From positions 4,160,001-4,224,000 of the forward strand of contig OY762209.1 in assembly GCA_963665295.1 (NCBI GenBank): a DNA stretch of 64,000 bases. Direction: 5' to 3'. The DNA comes from Syntrophorhabdaceae bacterium. Its GTDB lineage: Bacteria > Desulfobacterota > Syntrophorhabdia > Syntrophorhabdales > Syntrophorhabdaceae. A program made the position numbers and the translations under genes. The notes under the pieces are model-generated. The model was not told where the DNA came from, searched no databases, and saw nothing but the letters and a program-made list of their open reading frames with translations. Below are positions 30,862-41,551 of the stretch, piece after piece; the first letter of the stretch is position 1, and each line of letters opens with the position of its first letter.

Positions 30862-33807
30862 CTATGCATCCAGCAGATCCCTTACCTTCTGCAACAGGTT
30901 ATTAGGAGACAGTGGTTTGGAAATAAAAGCGAATTCCTTTTCCTGAATGCCCTTGTCGAGAAGGATGTCCCTGGTGTGACCGCTCATAAAAAGCACTTTG
31001 ACATCAGGTCTCATCTTCACGATCTCATCGTATGCTTCCCGTCCGTTTTTTCTGGGCATGACCGAATCAAGGACCACCAGGTCTATGGGTTCGTTCTTTC
31101 GAAACTTGTCTATCGCGTCCTCTCCGTCCACTGCTTCGATGATATGATAGCCGTAAAGGGAAAAGATGTCTCTGGTGAACCGTCTCACGTCATCGTTATC
31201 TTCGGCGATCAGGATCGTTTCCTTTCCCCGCTTCAGTACCGATGCGGCCACCGCTTCCGTGTCTCTTCCCGTTTTCACCACAGGCAGGTAAATATTGAAG
31301 GTACTGCCCATGTCAGGCTCACTATAGACCGTAATATACCCGTTGTGCTGTTTTACGATCCCGTATACCGTGGCCAGGCCGAGTCCCGTTCCCTTTCCCG
31401 TCTCCTTGGTGGTGAAGAAAGGCTCGAATATCTTTTCTTTTGTCGCCGCATCCATGCCCATGCCCGTGTCGGACACAGAAAGGAGCGCATATTTGCCTGG
31501 TTCGCCGAACCCGTGGACCAGCACGAAGTCTCCGTCCAGCACGGCCGGCTTCGTTTCGATGATCACAGTCCCTCCTTTCGGCATGGAATCCCGTGCATTC
31601 GTCACGAGATTAAACAATATCTGGTCGATCTGGGTGGCATCCGCCATTACGGTCAGGTCGTTCGGGCTTAATCCGGTTTCCAGCCTGATGTCCTCGGTAA
31701 GGAGCCGGTTAAGGAGTTGTCTTGTACCCTGGATGATGTTGTTAATGTCGATACGTTGCAGGTTTATGGGTTGCTGCCTGCCGAAAGTCAGGAGACTCCT
31801 TGTTAAGCTGGAAGCCTTGTGCGCCGCGGTGAGGATCTGATCCGCATATACCTTGAGAGGGTCCGTATCGTCCATGCGAATCTGAAGGAGGCTGCCGTAG
31901 CCAATGAGTGCCGTGAGGATATTATTGAAATCATGGGCAATTCCACCCGTAAGCGTGCCGATGGCCTCCATTTTCTCGGCCCGGCGTAGGTGAGATTCCA
32001 AGTGTTTCTCCCTTGTAATGTCGATCACTGTCCCTGTGGCGGCAGGCCGGCCGTTATAGGATATGGAGTTCCCGAAGGCTTTCATGGTGAGGACCTTTCC
32101 GTCCTTTCTTATCACCCTGAAGTCGTACTCCACGTGGTCCGCCTGTCCTGCAAGCCCTTTCGCCGTGTTTCTTTCCATCTTCGTCCTGTCGTCGGTATGG
32201 GCCATATCCGCGGGACCGAGAGCATCCACAACCTCTTCGTACGCATACCCTGTCATGTCCGAAAACCGTTGGTTGACGAACCGGAAAAGACCATCCTGCA
32301 CAATGTAGAAACCGACAAGAGAGCTTTCCACCACGCTGCGGTACTTTGCTTCAGATTCCACAAGTTCCCGTTCGATCTTCTTGCGTTCCGTAATATCTAC
32401 AAGGATGGCGCGGAACCCCTTCTGTTGCTCATCCCGAATAATCGGACTCGCATAGGCTACCATGGGAAACCTGCTTCCGTCCTTTCTTATTGCTGAATAT
32501 TCGTGGCTGCTCGATGGTTTTCTATTCGTCAGCATACTCGCGATGTTCTGCTTTATCCTCTCGCGGTCTTCAGGGACAATCATGTTTAGAACATTGAACG
32601 TCCCACGGTCGAATTCCTCCCTCGTATAGCCGAACATTTTACAGCCGAAGAGGTTTCCAAAGGTGAAGTTTCCCCTTTCATCGAACTCGCCCACTGCCTG
32701 CGGCAATGTGTCGGCAAGTTCTCTGAATCTGCGCTCGCTTTCCTCCAATTGCCCTTCCGCGGCTTTTCGGTCCGTAATGTCCGTACATACTCCCAATACC
32801 GCCCTCTCGCCCGTTGAGGATATGGTGAACGGGATCTTGATGGTATGCAGGAAACGGGTCCTCCCTGCCGAATCGGTAATCCTCTCCTCCGGAATTTCCA
32901 GAGCCTGACCACTCTCCATCACCCGCCTGTCGTTCTCAACAAACCAACCGACCTCATCCTTATGGGGGTGAACATCCGCATCCGTCTTCCCGGCGAGCCC
33001 TTCCACCGTCGTCCCGAAGGCATCGGCCACCGCTCTATTCACAAGGACGAACCGTCCTTGTCCGTCCTTCGCAAAGATAAAATGGGGAACGAGATCGATG
33101 ACCTGCCGGAGTCTGCTCTCGCTGTCGCGCAGACGCGTCTCCACCTCCCGTCTCATGGTTATCTCCGCTTCGAGCATCTCATTCTTTGCCTTCAACTCTC
33201 CGAGGGCCCCTGCCATCCGCTTCCGGAGCCCGTTTACAGAGAGGACAAGGGGCAAAAGGTACGTGAAGAAACATGCGACCTGGATGGTCCAGTTAATGGG
33301 GGACAAGAGATAGCGGTCCATGCCTGGTTTCGTGCCGATTACACCGCTGCAGATTCCGGCACCTATGACGGCGATTGCAAAACCCCCGATCGCCAGGGTA
33401 ATCAGACCCGCTTTTCTTCCGAGAAATATCCCCGCAAAAGCGCAAAAGATGACGCAGTGCATCACGCCCGTTCCCGCAAGTCCCAGGTTGAAGAGCGACT
33501 GTATCCCAAGCACATAACCAATGGCGAGCATAGATGAGAAGGACACGGGCAGGGGCAGACGCTTCCGATACCTGAACGCCAGGATTGCCGTCAAATAGGC
33601 CGCCACATGAAGAATGGCGATACGGTTGAAGGTGGGCTCCGTCAATGACCGATAAAGCGAAATTGATACTGCCACTCCACCGATAGCGAGCAACATGGGG
33701 AAGGTTTTGCTGAATATATCTGCCACGACCGGGTACATCTCGTGCGGATTGTCGAAGGACGAGAAACCGACAAGCCTGGATCGTGAAGGGTGTATCCGTT
33801 TATTCAT
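30862..33807 (-). CDS. Membrane-bound multi-PAS hybrid sensor histidine kinase
   Basis: About 6 TM segments, three PAS/PAC domains, H-box GGIAHDFNNIL, NLVTNARD, FEPFFTTK..GKGTGLGL, C-terminal receiver domain. Confidence 0.95.
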   Translation of the reverse strand: MNKRIHPSRSRLVGFSSFDNPHEMYPVVADIFSKTFPMLLAIGGVAVSISLYRSLTEPTFNRIAILHVAAYLTAILAFRYRKRLPLPVSFSSMLAIGYVLGIQSLFNLGLAGTGVMHCVIFCAFAGIFLGRKAGLITLAIGGFAIAVIGAGICSGVIGTKPGMDRYLLSPINWTIQVACFFTYLLPLVLSVNGLRKRMAGALGELKAKNEMLEAEITMRREVETRLRDSESRLRQVIDLVPHFIFAKDGQGRFVLVNRAVADAFGTTVEGLAGKTDADVHPHKDEVGWFVENDRRVMESGQALEIPEERITDSAGRTRFLHTIKIPFTISSTGERAVLGVCTDITDRKAAEGQLEESERRFRELADTLPQAVGEFDERGNFTFGNLFGCKMFGYTREEFDRGTFNVLNMIVPEDRERIKQNIASMLTNRKPSSSHEYSAIRKDGSRFPMVAYASPIIRDEQQKGFRAILVDITERKKIERELVESEAKYRSVVESSLVGFYIVQDGLFRFVNQRFSDMTGYAYEEVVDALGPADMAHTDDRTKMERNTAKGLAGQADHVEYDFRVIRKDGKVLTMKAFGNSISYNGRPAATGTVIDITREKHLESHLRRAEKMEAIGTLTGGIAHDFNNILTALIGYGSLLQIRMDDTDPLKVYADQILTAAHKASSLTRSLLTFGRQQPINLQRIDINNIIQGTRQLLNRLLTEDIRLETGLSPNDLTVMADATQIDQILFNLVTNARDSMPKGGTVIIETKPAVLDGDFVLVHGFGEPGKYALLSVSDTGMGMDAATKEKIFEPFFTTKETGKGTGLGLATVYGIVKQHNGYITVYSEPDMGSTFNIYLPVVKTGRDTEAVAASVLKRGKETILIAEDNDDVRRFTRDIFSLYGYHIIEAVDGEDAIDKFRKNEPIDLVVLDSVMPRKNGREAYDEIVKMRPDVKVLFMSGHTRDILLDKGIQEKEFAFISKPLSPNNLLQKVRDLLDA

Positions 33808-34142
33808 AATCTCTCCGTAGCGACAAGTCTGAGCCCCGGTGCGCTTTCAGCCCGCTAATACTGTAAGCGACTATAAAGTTAATACAAGTGCGCCGAAATT
33901 TACAGGACATTCTCCGCAAGCCGGCCCACGCAACGGGCTCTTCGGACCTATCTGTCCCCATGCGGCGGGGCTTAGCGGACGCAGTCATCACGGCCCCTTA
34001 TTATGTATACGGAGATTCTGCAGATTACTTAAGCGCCGGAACGCCTATCATCCAAAAAACCCCTGATAAACACAAGAAAACGGTGCTAAGGCGACAATTG
34101 AACTCCGCCCCGTCCTTCGTTGCCCGTCTGGGAGACAGCACA

Positions 34143-35276
34143 CTAGTGGGGGTCGGGCAGCGTAAAGTAAAAAACGGCCCCTCCATCGGGCTTTCCTTCA
34201 GCCCAGACGCGTCCTCCGTGGAGGTTCACGATCCGTTTTACGATAGCCAGACCGACACCCGTGCCCTCAAAATCATCCGAACCGTGGAGGCGGTGGAAGA
34301 TGTCAAACATCTTCTCTTTTTGCGCCATATCGAAACCCACGCCGTTGTCCGCAACGGAATAGACCTTTTCACCGTTGCCCTGCCAACCCCCGACCTCGAC
34401 CCGCCTCCTTTCCCGGCGTTTCGAAAACTTCAGTGCATTGGAAAGGAGATTGTTTACCACCTGCCGTACCAGCCTTTCGTCACCGACGCCGTCGGGGACC
34501 TCCCATACTATCACGTCGCCTCCGGAGTAAACGGCAGCCAGGTCGTCAAGCACGGATTCAATGAGCCTTTTCATGGGGATCGTATCCTGGTGTATTGCCT
34601 CCCGCCCCAACCGGGAGTATGCGAGGAGGTCATCGATGAGTTGTCTCATCCTTTCGGCATTGTTACTTATCAGGCCGACGAGTTCCCGGGCTCTCTTATC
34701 GAGTTCTGCGCCGTACTTGTCGGCAACCCTGCGGGAAAAACCCTGTATGGCAACAAGGGGAATGCGAAGGTCATGGGAAACCATGGAATTGAAAGCCTCC
34801 AAATCGCTGTTCGCAATCTCCAGATTCCGCACGTGCTGTTCAAGCTCCCCGTTCAGTTCGCGAATCTTCATTTCCGCCTGCTTGATCTCGGTGATATCCC
34901 GAAGTACGGCAAGGGTTGCGGGCTTGCCCCCGTGCCTGACGGTCTGCACGGAGGCCTGTATGGTGCGTATGTCCCCGCCAGACCTGAAAATCCTGTATTC
35001 CGCTATCTTATCCAGTTTATCGCCCCTCTGCCGGGCATGGACTCTTTCCTTTACCGCCTCCCTGTCTTCAGGCACGATGAACTGGTCGAAGGGTTGACCG
35101 ATAATCTCCGAGGGGTCTTTGATGCCATGAATAGCGAGAAACGCGGGATTCACAAAAACCCGCTCGTTTCCCACAGTGAGAGTGATACCGTCAGCGACGT
35201 TCTCGATGACGGCCCGGTATAATTCCTCTTTTTCGTGAAGGGCCCTCTCCGCCTTCTCACGTTCTTTCGTCTCCAT
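34143..35276 (-). CDS. Cytoplasmic PAS sensor histidine kinase
   Basis: One PAS domain, H-box VSHDLRIPL, NLLSNALKF, DNGVGF, FHRLH...GTGVGL. Start taken at METKERE. Confidence 0.9.
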   Translation of the reverse strand: METKEREKAERALHEKEELYRAVIENVADGITLTVGNERVFVNPAFLAIHGIKDPSEIIGQPFDQFIVPEDREAVKERVHARQRGDKLDKIAEYRIFRSGGDIRTIQASVQTVRHGGKPATLAVLRDITEIKQAEMKIRELNGELEQHVRNLEIANSDLEAFNSMVSHDLRIPLVAIQGFSRRVADKYGAELDKRARELVGLISNNAERMRQLIDDLLAYSRLGREAIHQDTIPMKRLIESVLDDLAAVYSGGDVIVWEVPDGVGDERLVRQVVNNLLSNALKFSKRRERRRVEVGGWQGNGEKVYSVADNGVGFDMAQKEKMFDIFHRLHGSDDFEGTGVGLAIVKRIVNLHGGRVWAEGKPDGGAVFYFTLPDPH

Positions 35277-35562
35277 GTTTCTCTTCCGCAACGGGGCCCG
35301 ATACTTTCTCAACATAAAGCAGGTCGTCTTCTGTCTTTCCCTGTCTCCTGTCCCGGAAAGCAGGGCCAACCTTCTTCCGCGCCCCCGCCCGTTGTCCGCC
35401 TTCGCTGCTACTCCTCTCCTCTTTGCGGCAGACCGCCTGTCATGCCTCGTGATCCGGTCCATGACAAAGTATACCAGATTACGCGTAGGTGAGAAACAGG
35501 GCCCCAGTCAGGACACTCGACAATCTGAGCGTCATGGTATTAAACTAATGCAGTCGGACGCT

Positions 35563-36663
35563 ATGAAACCCAGACCCCTCAAACAGGTTCTTATCTTCAT
35601 CCTTCTGGTTTGCCTGTTCTCCTGCACCCACAACCAGCCGTCCTTCAATGAAGCCCTGTGGCGCCAAACCGTCCTCGATGAGAAAGAGGATAGCCTCTAC
35701 GCGCCCCACTTCGCGGAGGGAAAGTATTTTAATCCCTGGATGCCGAGAGAACAAGGAGGTTTTCTCAGACTCCTTAAGATGTCCCTTTCCGAAGGTACTG
35801 AATATACGGAGGAAGAGAGCACCTTCAAGCCGGGGCTTATTCCGGGACTCAAAGAAAGGATAGGGTCGATGCCCGACGGCGACTTCATCGCCTGGATAGG
35901 TCACTCGACCTTTCTCATACGAGTGAGCGGCGTAAATATCCTGACCGACCCTATCTTCTCCGAAAGGGCTCTCATACCCAAAAGGATAACACCGCCGGCC
36001 ATGAAAGCCCGGGAGGTGAACGAAGTCGCTCCCGGAGTGAACGTGCTTATATCGCACAACCACTATGACCACCTGGATGTCAAGAGCCTGGAGGCCCTTT
36101 CAGGGGCTTCAAGGATTATCGTCCCCATGGGTCTCAAGTCCTTCGTGGAGGAAACGGGCGAAGCTCCCATAGAGGAGATGGACTGGTGGCAAAACATTTC
36201 TATCGGCGATAAGGTCAAGATAATCTGCCTTCCCGCCCACCACTGGTCGAGACGCCTATCCCAGAAGACCAATGAAACCCTCTGGGCAAGCTACCTGATC
36301 GTTGCCCCTCATGTAACTATCTACTTTGCCGGCGACAGTGGCTATTTTGTCGGCTACAGGGAATATGGACGCCTGTTTCCCGACATTACTTACGCCATTA
36401 TACCCACCACCGCCCTTCACCCGCGTGCTTTTATGCACTATGCCCATATGAATGTGGAAGAGGCGCTGGACGCTTTTCAGGACCTCAACGCGAAATATTT
36501 CATCCCCGCCCACTGGGGCACATTCCAGATCAGCAGTGAGCCGCCCGGTTATCCCGTCATGGAACTGAAAAGAAAGATACGGGAAAGGCGCCTCGATCCG
36601 TCGCGGTATAAGATTATGGACCTCGGTACCCTTCTCCCCGTGGAAGACGAACACGGAAAATGA
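35563..36663 (+). CDS. Metallo-beta-lactamase fold hydrolase lipoprotein (NAPE-PLD/RomA-like)
   Basis: Lipobox LFSC; WIGHSTF, LTDPIFS, ISHNHYDHLD, PAHHWSRR, FAGDSGY, HWGTF. Confidence 0.88.
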   Translation: MKPRPLKQVLIFILLVCLFSCTHNQPSFNEALWRQTVLDEKEDSLYAPHFAEGKYFNPWMPREQGGFLRLLKMSLSEGTEYTEEESTFKPGLIPGLKERIGSMPDGDFIAWIGHSTFLIRVSGVNILTDPIFSERALIPKRITPPAMKAREVNEVAPGVNVLISHNHYDHLDVKSLEALSGASRIIVPMGLKSFVEETGEAPIEEMDWWQNISIGDKVKIICLPAHHWSRRLSQKTNETLWASYLIVAPHVTIYFAGDSGYFVGYREYGRLFPDITYAIIPTTALHPRAFMHYAHMNVEEALDAFQDLNAKYFIPAHWGTFQISSEPPGYPVMELKRKIRERRLDPSRYKIMDLGTLLPVEDEHGK

Positions 36664-36776
36664 TGTCTTCGCCAACAGGTATTTGCAGAAATCCGGAAAA
36701 AAATGCTAAGGTATTTTTGTAGGATGGACCTCTCTTCACACTGAAAGGTACCGGCAGAAGAGGAAAAGGAGACCTT

Positions 36777-38390
36777 TTGCAATTCAGGAACAGTATACTA
36801 CGGCTTACGGCGCTCTTCATCATCTTCCTCATCGGGCCATGCCTGACCGCTCAGGCCGTTCCTCTTTCCGGCAGCAAGAAGGGCGTCGCCGCGCCTTCTT
36901 CAACCACCGACCCCCTAGGACGCGGCACACCTCAGGGTACGATAGTGGGATTTATGCTCTCCGCCCAAAAGGGTGAGTACGAGCGCGCTTTAAAATATCT
37001 CGACACCAGGAAGACGGGGCGGAGCGCGGTCAGGCTTATCGATGAACTGCAGGTGGTTCTGGAAAGAGGTTTTTCCGGTAAACTCGGGATGTTAAGCACG
37101 AAGGCCGAAGGACGTCTCGACGACAATCTTCCGCCCTCAAAAGAGTTGGTGGGCACCATCGAAACCGAGTCGGATAGTCTCGACGTCCTCCTCGAAAGGG
37201 TTCAGCGGGGAACCGACCCCCCTATTTGGCTCTTCGCGTCCGAGACGCTCGCGAAAGTCCCTGAAGTCTACACTGACCTCGACACCTTGTCTCCGGACCG
37301 GTTTTTCCCCCGATTCATGACTGAAAAGGTATTTATCTGGTTCCCCTTGTGGCAATGGATATACATCCTCCTTGTGGCCCCCTTGTCGTTTCTTGTGGCG
37401 ACGTTGCTTACCCGCCTTCTAACCCCGTTCCTCCTCAAGGTAGTGGTGCGCGTAACCAAGGTCAAAAGCGACCGCCATGCAATGACCCTCACGGGTCCCC
37501 TCCGTATATTGATACTGGCATTGGCCCTGTGGGCTATTTCAACTTTTTCCCACTCGATCCTGGTAAGCCTCTTTTGGACCTACGCCGCCATAACCCTTGC
37601 TGTAGTGGGCGCCACGTGGCTTACCATACGGCTGATCGACGTAGTGGTAAAGCTTAAACACAAGAAGTGGTCTGCCACCGCAACGGGACGGGTCGCCATG
37701 GTACAACTCGTCGGCAAACTCTCAAAAGCCTTCACCCTCATCGTGGGTGTCCTTATCATCCTTTATGTTGCGGGGATCAATATCACCGCAGCCCTGACCG
37801 GGTTGGGAATAGGCGGTGTCGCAGTCGCCTTCGCTGCTCAGAAGACCCTGGAAAATCTCTTCGGCGGCATTATGATCATCTCCGACCAACCCATCCGCGT
37901 CGGAGATTTCTGTAAAGCCGGCAATCACACGGGCACTGTCGAAAGCATCGGTCTTCGTTCCACGTTCCTCCGTACCGTCGAAAGGACGACGGTCTCGATT
38001 CCCAATGGACAGTTGGCCGTAATGAGCCTGGAGAATTTCGCCCATCGCGACAAGATATTATTTCACCACAGCATCAATGTGCGGCCCGATGCCACCGGTG
38101 ATCAACTCACGAAAATCCTCGCCGGAATGAGAAACCTGCTCCACGAACACCCGAAGATAGACCCTGAGGCGGCTCGGGTAAGCCTTATCAGATTCTCCGA
38201 TTCCGCCTTTGTAATAGAAGTGTACGCATACATCAGGGAAACCGCGTACGACGCATTCACTTTAGTCCAGGAAGAAGTGCTTCTCGAAATCATGGGTGTG
38301 ATAGAGGCTCACGGTGCCGGCCTTGCTTTCCCGGCTCAGACAGCAGCCTCCATCTCCCCGGACCGGGGAGCGGAGGGTCCCAAACCCTGA
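36777..38390 (+). CDS. MscS family mechanosensitive channel with periplasmic N-terminal domain
   Basis: DPLGRGTPQGT N-terminal domain; GLGIGGVAVAFAAQKTLENLFGG, PIRVGD, IGLRST, IPNG. Confidence 0.92.
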   Translation: MQFRNSILRLTALFIIFLIGPCLTAQAVPLSGSKKGVAAPSSTTDPLGRGTPQGTIVGFMLSAQKGEYERALKYLDTRKTGRSAVRLIDELQVVLERGFSGKLGMLSTKAEGRLDDNLPPSKELVGTIETESDSLDVLLERVQRGTDPPIWLFASETLAKVPEVYTDLDTLSPDRFFPRFMTEKVFIWFPLWQWIYILLVAPLSFLVATLLTRLLTPFLLKVVVRVTKVKSDRHAMTLTGPLRILILALALWAISTFSHSILVSLFWTYAAITLAVVGATWLTIRLIDVVVKLKHKKWSATATGRVAMVQLVGKLSKAFTLIVGVLIILYVAGINITAALTGLGIGGVAVAFAAQKTLENLFGGIMIISDQPIRVGDFCKAGNHTGTVESIGLRSTFLRTVERTTVSIPNGQLAVMSLENFAHRDKILFHHSINVRPDATGDQLTKILAGMRNLLHEHPKIDPEAARVSLIRFSDSAFVIEVYAYIRETAYDAFTLVQEEVLLEIMGVIEAHGAGLAFPAQTAASISPDRGAEGPKP

Positions 38391-38520
38391 AAATCACCTC
38401 GGAGGAAAGGGGCCCGGAGACAAGTGCGGTTCGGATATCGGGAACCGGCCATGCGATGGACCGGGACCTGGGATAAGAGCCCACGGAAATGAAGAACGGA
38501 AGCAATGAAAGGGAGGTCAC

Positions 38521-39678
38521 ATGAGAGTCGGAAAAGTCTTCGTATGGATCCTGTTCGGTTTATTTGCCTTAACCTTCATCACACCACCACCGGTATCGTC
38601 TCAAAATAATCCTTCCAAGTTCAAACAGGAGGAACTGGACCAGATGGTCGCCCCCATCGCGCTTTACCCTGATGCCCTTCTCGCTCAGGTGCTGATGGCC
38701 GCCACTTATCCCCTGGAAATAATTGAGGCCGATCGTTGGTCCAAGCAGAACAAGGGACTGAAGGGCGATGCCCTCAACGCGGCCGTAGACAAGCAATCGT
38801 GGGATACGAGTGTAAAGTCCCTTGCTTCCTTCCCTCAGGTTCTTGGCATGATGAGCGACAAGATAGAATGGACTCAAAAGCTGGGGGACGCTTTTCTCGC
38901 CCAGCAGAAAGATGTTATGGCCACGGTTCAGAAACTGAGGGCAAAGGCCCATGCAGCGGGCAACCTCAAGACCAACTCCGAGCAGAAGGTGGTGGTCCAG
39001 GAACAGATTATCGAAATAGTCCCTGCCAACCCCGCTGTAGTATATGTTCCCGCATACAACCCCACAGTGGTTTACGGGGCCTGGTGGTATCCCGCATACC
39101 CGCCCTACCCCGTGTATCCGCCCGGCGCCATGGCGGCTACGAGTATAATGTCCTTCGGCCTCGGGGTCGCGGTGGGAGCGGCCTGGAGCAATAACTGGGG
39201 GTCATGCAACTGGCACACGGGCGATGTGAATGTGAACGTCAATAAGAGCGTAAATATCAATAATACCCACATCAACAATTTCAACAACAACAACTTCAAC
39301 AAATGGCAGCATGATCCCGATCATCGGAGGGGCGTGGCGTATCATGATAACGCCATGGCCCAGAAGTACGGACAGACACAAAGGGGCGGCGCGGATCAAA
39401 GACAGCAGTACAGAGGGTTCGACGGAAACGCCAGGGGAGACTCCGCCAAGGCAGCCAACCGGCAAGGGGCGAACACAACCGCCGCAAACAGGCAGACGTC
39501 ACACCAACCCACAAGGGCCGCGGCCTTTGACGGGATGGACCGCGGCGGCCGGCAGGCGATGAATAGTAGTGAAAGGGGACGGACAAGCAGGGAGAGCATG
39601 GGCTCCTACGGAGGCCATTCAGGGTTCGGAAGTTCAGGCCGTTCCGAACGCAGCTTCTCCGGCGGCCGTCGCCGGTGA
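38521..39678 (+). CDS. DUF3300 domain exported protein
   Basis: ELDQMVAPIALYPDALLAQVLMAATYP, WDTSVKSL, LGDAFLAQ, VYVPAYNPTVVYG; N/R/G-rich tail. Confidence 0.9.
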   Translation: MRVGKVFVWILFGLFALTFITPPPVSSQNNPSKFKQEELDQMVAPIALYPDALLAQVLMAATYPLEIIEADRWSKQNKGLKGDALNAAVDKQSWDTSVKSLASFPQVLGMMSDKIEWTQKLGDAFLAQQKDVMATVQKLRAKAHAAGNLKTNSEQKVVVQEQIIEIVPANPAVVYVPAYNPTVVYGAWWYPAYPPYPVYPPGAMAATSIMSFGLGVAVGAAWSNNWGSCNWHTGDVNVNVNKSVNINNTHINNFNNNNFNKWQHDPDHRRGVAYHDNAMAQKYGQTQRGGADQRQQYRGFDGNARGDSAKAANRQGANTTAANRQTSHQPTRAAAFDGMDRGGRQAMNSSERGRTSRESMGSYGGHSGFGSSGRSERSFSGGRRR

Positions 39679-39730
39679 GCGCATGAAGAACAATCGCTTA
39701 CCCACTAACCCCTTGAGGAGGAAAACAGAT

Positions 39731-40696
39731 ATGATCGATTTTGCCGAAAAAACGCGAACCGGGTCAAGACCCTGGACCCGTCTGATATTTGCATTTGCCC
39801 TCGTAATATTTGCCCTTACATTCTCCGATTCATCGTGGGCCGCCCCCCGGGGGCAAAAGGTCTTCAAAACCGCCGAGGAAGCCGTGAGCGCACTGCTGGC
39901 CGCAACAAAAACAGCCGACGCGAAGGAAATGACCGCTATCATGGGACCCAGGATCAGGGATATTTTTTCCTCCGGCGATAGCGTTGCGGATAAGGAAACC
40001 CGTGATCTTTTTATACGGTCCTATGAGGAAAAGCACAGCCTTCAGCAGGTCGCCGGGGATAAGATGGTCCTCTTCATAGGTGCGGAGGACTGGCCTTTCC
40101 CTATTCCCGTGGTAAAGAAAGGGAAATCGTGGCGTTTCGATACAAGAGCGGGGTTGGAGGAAATACTCGACCGCCGGATAGGAAAAAACGAACTGGGAGC
40201 CATCCAGGTCTGCCTCTCTTATGTGGACGCGCAGCGTGACTATGCTTCGAGGGGGAAAGACAAAGGAGGGCTGCTCGAGTATGCCCAGAAATTTATAAGC
40301 GATCCCGGCAAGAAGAACGGCCTCTACTGGGAAGCGGCGGAAGGAGAGGAGCAGAGCCCCATGGGGCCCTTCATGGCCTCTGCGGCGCGGGAGGGATATC
40401 GGTTCAAAGCCGGCGCGAACAAACCTTCACCTTACCACGGTTATTTCTACAGGATCATAAAGGCCCAGGGGCCCGCCGCCCCGGGTGGCGCATATGATTA
40501 CATGGTTCGGGACAGCATGATAGGCGGTTTTGCCCTCGTGGCGTGGCCTGCGAAATACGGGGTTTCCGGAGTAATGACCTTCATCGTGAACCATGGAGGC
40601 AATGTCTATGAAAAGAACCTCGGCAAGGACACCGCAAAGGTGGCCAGACACATGACCACATTTGATCCCGACAAGACGTGGAAGAAACTGGATTGA
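39731..40696 (+). CDS. DUF2950 domain exported protein
   Basis: SSGD.VAD, WPFPIP, RRIGKNEL, KNGLYW, PYHGY, GFALVAWPAKYGVSGVMTF; GAGGAGG RBS. Confidence 0.9.
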   Translation: MIDFAEKTRTGSRPWTRLIFAFALVIFALTFSDSSWAAPRGQKVFKTAEEAVSALLAATKTADAKEMTAIMGPRIRDIFSSGDSVADKETRDLFIRSYEEKHSLQQVAGDKMVLFIGAEDWPFPIPVVKKGKSWRFDTRAGLEEILDRRIGKNELGAIQVCLSYVDAQRDYASRGKDKGGLLEYAQKFISDPGKKNGLYWEAAEGEEQSPMGPFMASAAREGYRFKAGANKPSPYHGYFYRIIKAQGPAAPGGAYDYMVRDSMIGGFALVAWPAKYGVSGVMTFIVNHGGNVYEKNLGKDTAKVARHMTTFDPDKTWKKLD

Positions 40697-40701
40697 CGAT
40701 T

Positions 40702-40736
40702 ATCGCAGGGGCGCCCTTCACGGACGCCCCTGCGAT
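40702..40736. terminator. GC-rich hairpin between convergent genes
   Basis: ATCGCAGGGGCG (40702-40713) and CGCCCCTGCGAT (40725-40736) form a perfect 12-bp inverted repeat; no clear U-tract. Confidence 0.55.
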
Positions 40737-40764
40737 GGCAGCCTGCAGATAAACCGGTTCTCTA

Positions 40765-41238
40765 TTATTTCATCCGGCGAAGAAGCAAACTTGCTTCGCC
40801 GGTATCGATAACCAATTGGTTGTCCCCTTCGATTCTGAACCTCGCATTCACGTCTTCCTTCGGCTTATTGATGATCATGGTAGATCCGATTATATGGTAC
40901 CGGAAGGTCTGGTCTCTTGCGGAACCGTCCGCATACCTGGTGGTCTCAACAAGACTGCCGTCGGGCTGGAAGAAAAGGATCATTGAGGTAAAAGCCTTTT
41001 CCGGCTTCGGGTTGATGCTCGTCACCTGCCAACGCGTATTACCCAGAGGCCTCGTGTCCTCGGGCACAGGCTTCGGTTTGGCAAGTTCGTAGCTGAAGAC
41101 TATGGCATCGGCTTGATCGACCATGGGTGGCGAGTCGCCCGGAACAAAGGGACCGCTGGCGCAGGCGCCAAGCATTACGAGGGCAAAACAGGATGCCGTA
41201 AGACTCAAGGCTGTCATCAGGTGTTTACTTCTTTTCAT
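40765..41238 (-). CDS. Hypothetical lipoprotein (lipocalin/META-like beta-barrel)
   Basis: Lipobox LGAC; LGNTRWQV...F.PDG...Y.I.G...L.I...LRR pattern; RBS AGGAGG. Confidence 0.65.
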   Translation of the reverse strand: MKRSKHLMTALSLTASCFALVMLGACASGPFVPGDSPPMVDQADAIVFSYELAKPKPVPEDTRPLGNTRWQVTSINPKPEKAFTSMILFFQPDGSLVETTRYADGSARDQTFRYHIIGSTMIINKPKEDVNARFRIEGDNQLVIDTGEASLLLRRMK

Positions 41239-41551
41239 TTTCTTCCTCCTCTTGCATATCATGATACGGTCCGCTCGAAAAACTGTCCGCCGCGACACGG
41301 AAGGCAGGTCAGGACTCACCCCCCCCCTATGGGGCAGCCGGAAATGGCGGGCCTATCCTTCAATGATTGTATGGTTTGCCTGGTTAGTCGGGAAAAAGGA
41401 ACGGCAGGTTACACGTTTCGGCGAAAAGAGCATCGCTGACGGAGATTCAAGGCTGCATTCATGAGGCATCATGTCTCTGAATCCAGTTGACTTGAACAAA
41501 CAAGCCACACAGGCATCGTCAAAACGTGAGTCTGCGAATGGACTGGAATGT

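Noticed and set aside
33977..33990. 14-mer GGACGCAGTCATCA repeated at 46485-46498
   Set aside because: Several 14-mer matches are expected by chance in 64 kb; no extension or structure.
35277..35462. N-terminal extensions of the kinase (to 35462) and MBL (from 35275) ORFs
   Set aside because: They overlap head-to-head and are low-complexity; better starts at 35276 and 35563 leave a normal divergent intergenic region.
41330..41385. Minus strand GGCAAACC...CCGGCTGCC upstream of the lipoprotein gene, GEMM-like
   Set aside because: No P2 tetraloop stem or GCAAAGC junction; cannot be supported without Infernal.
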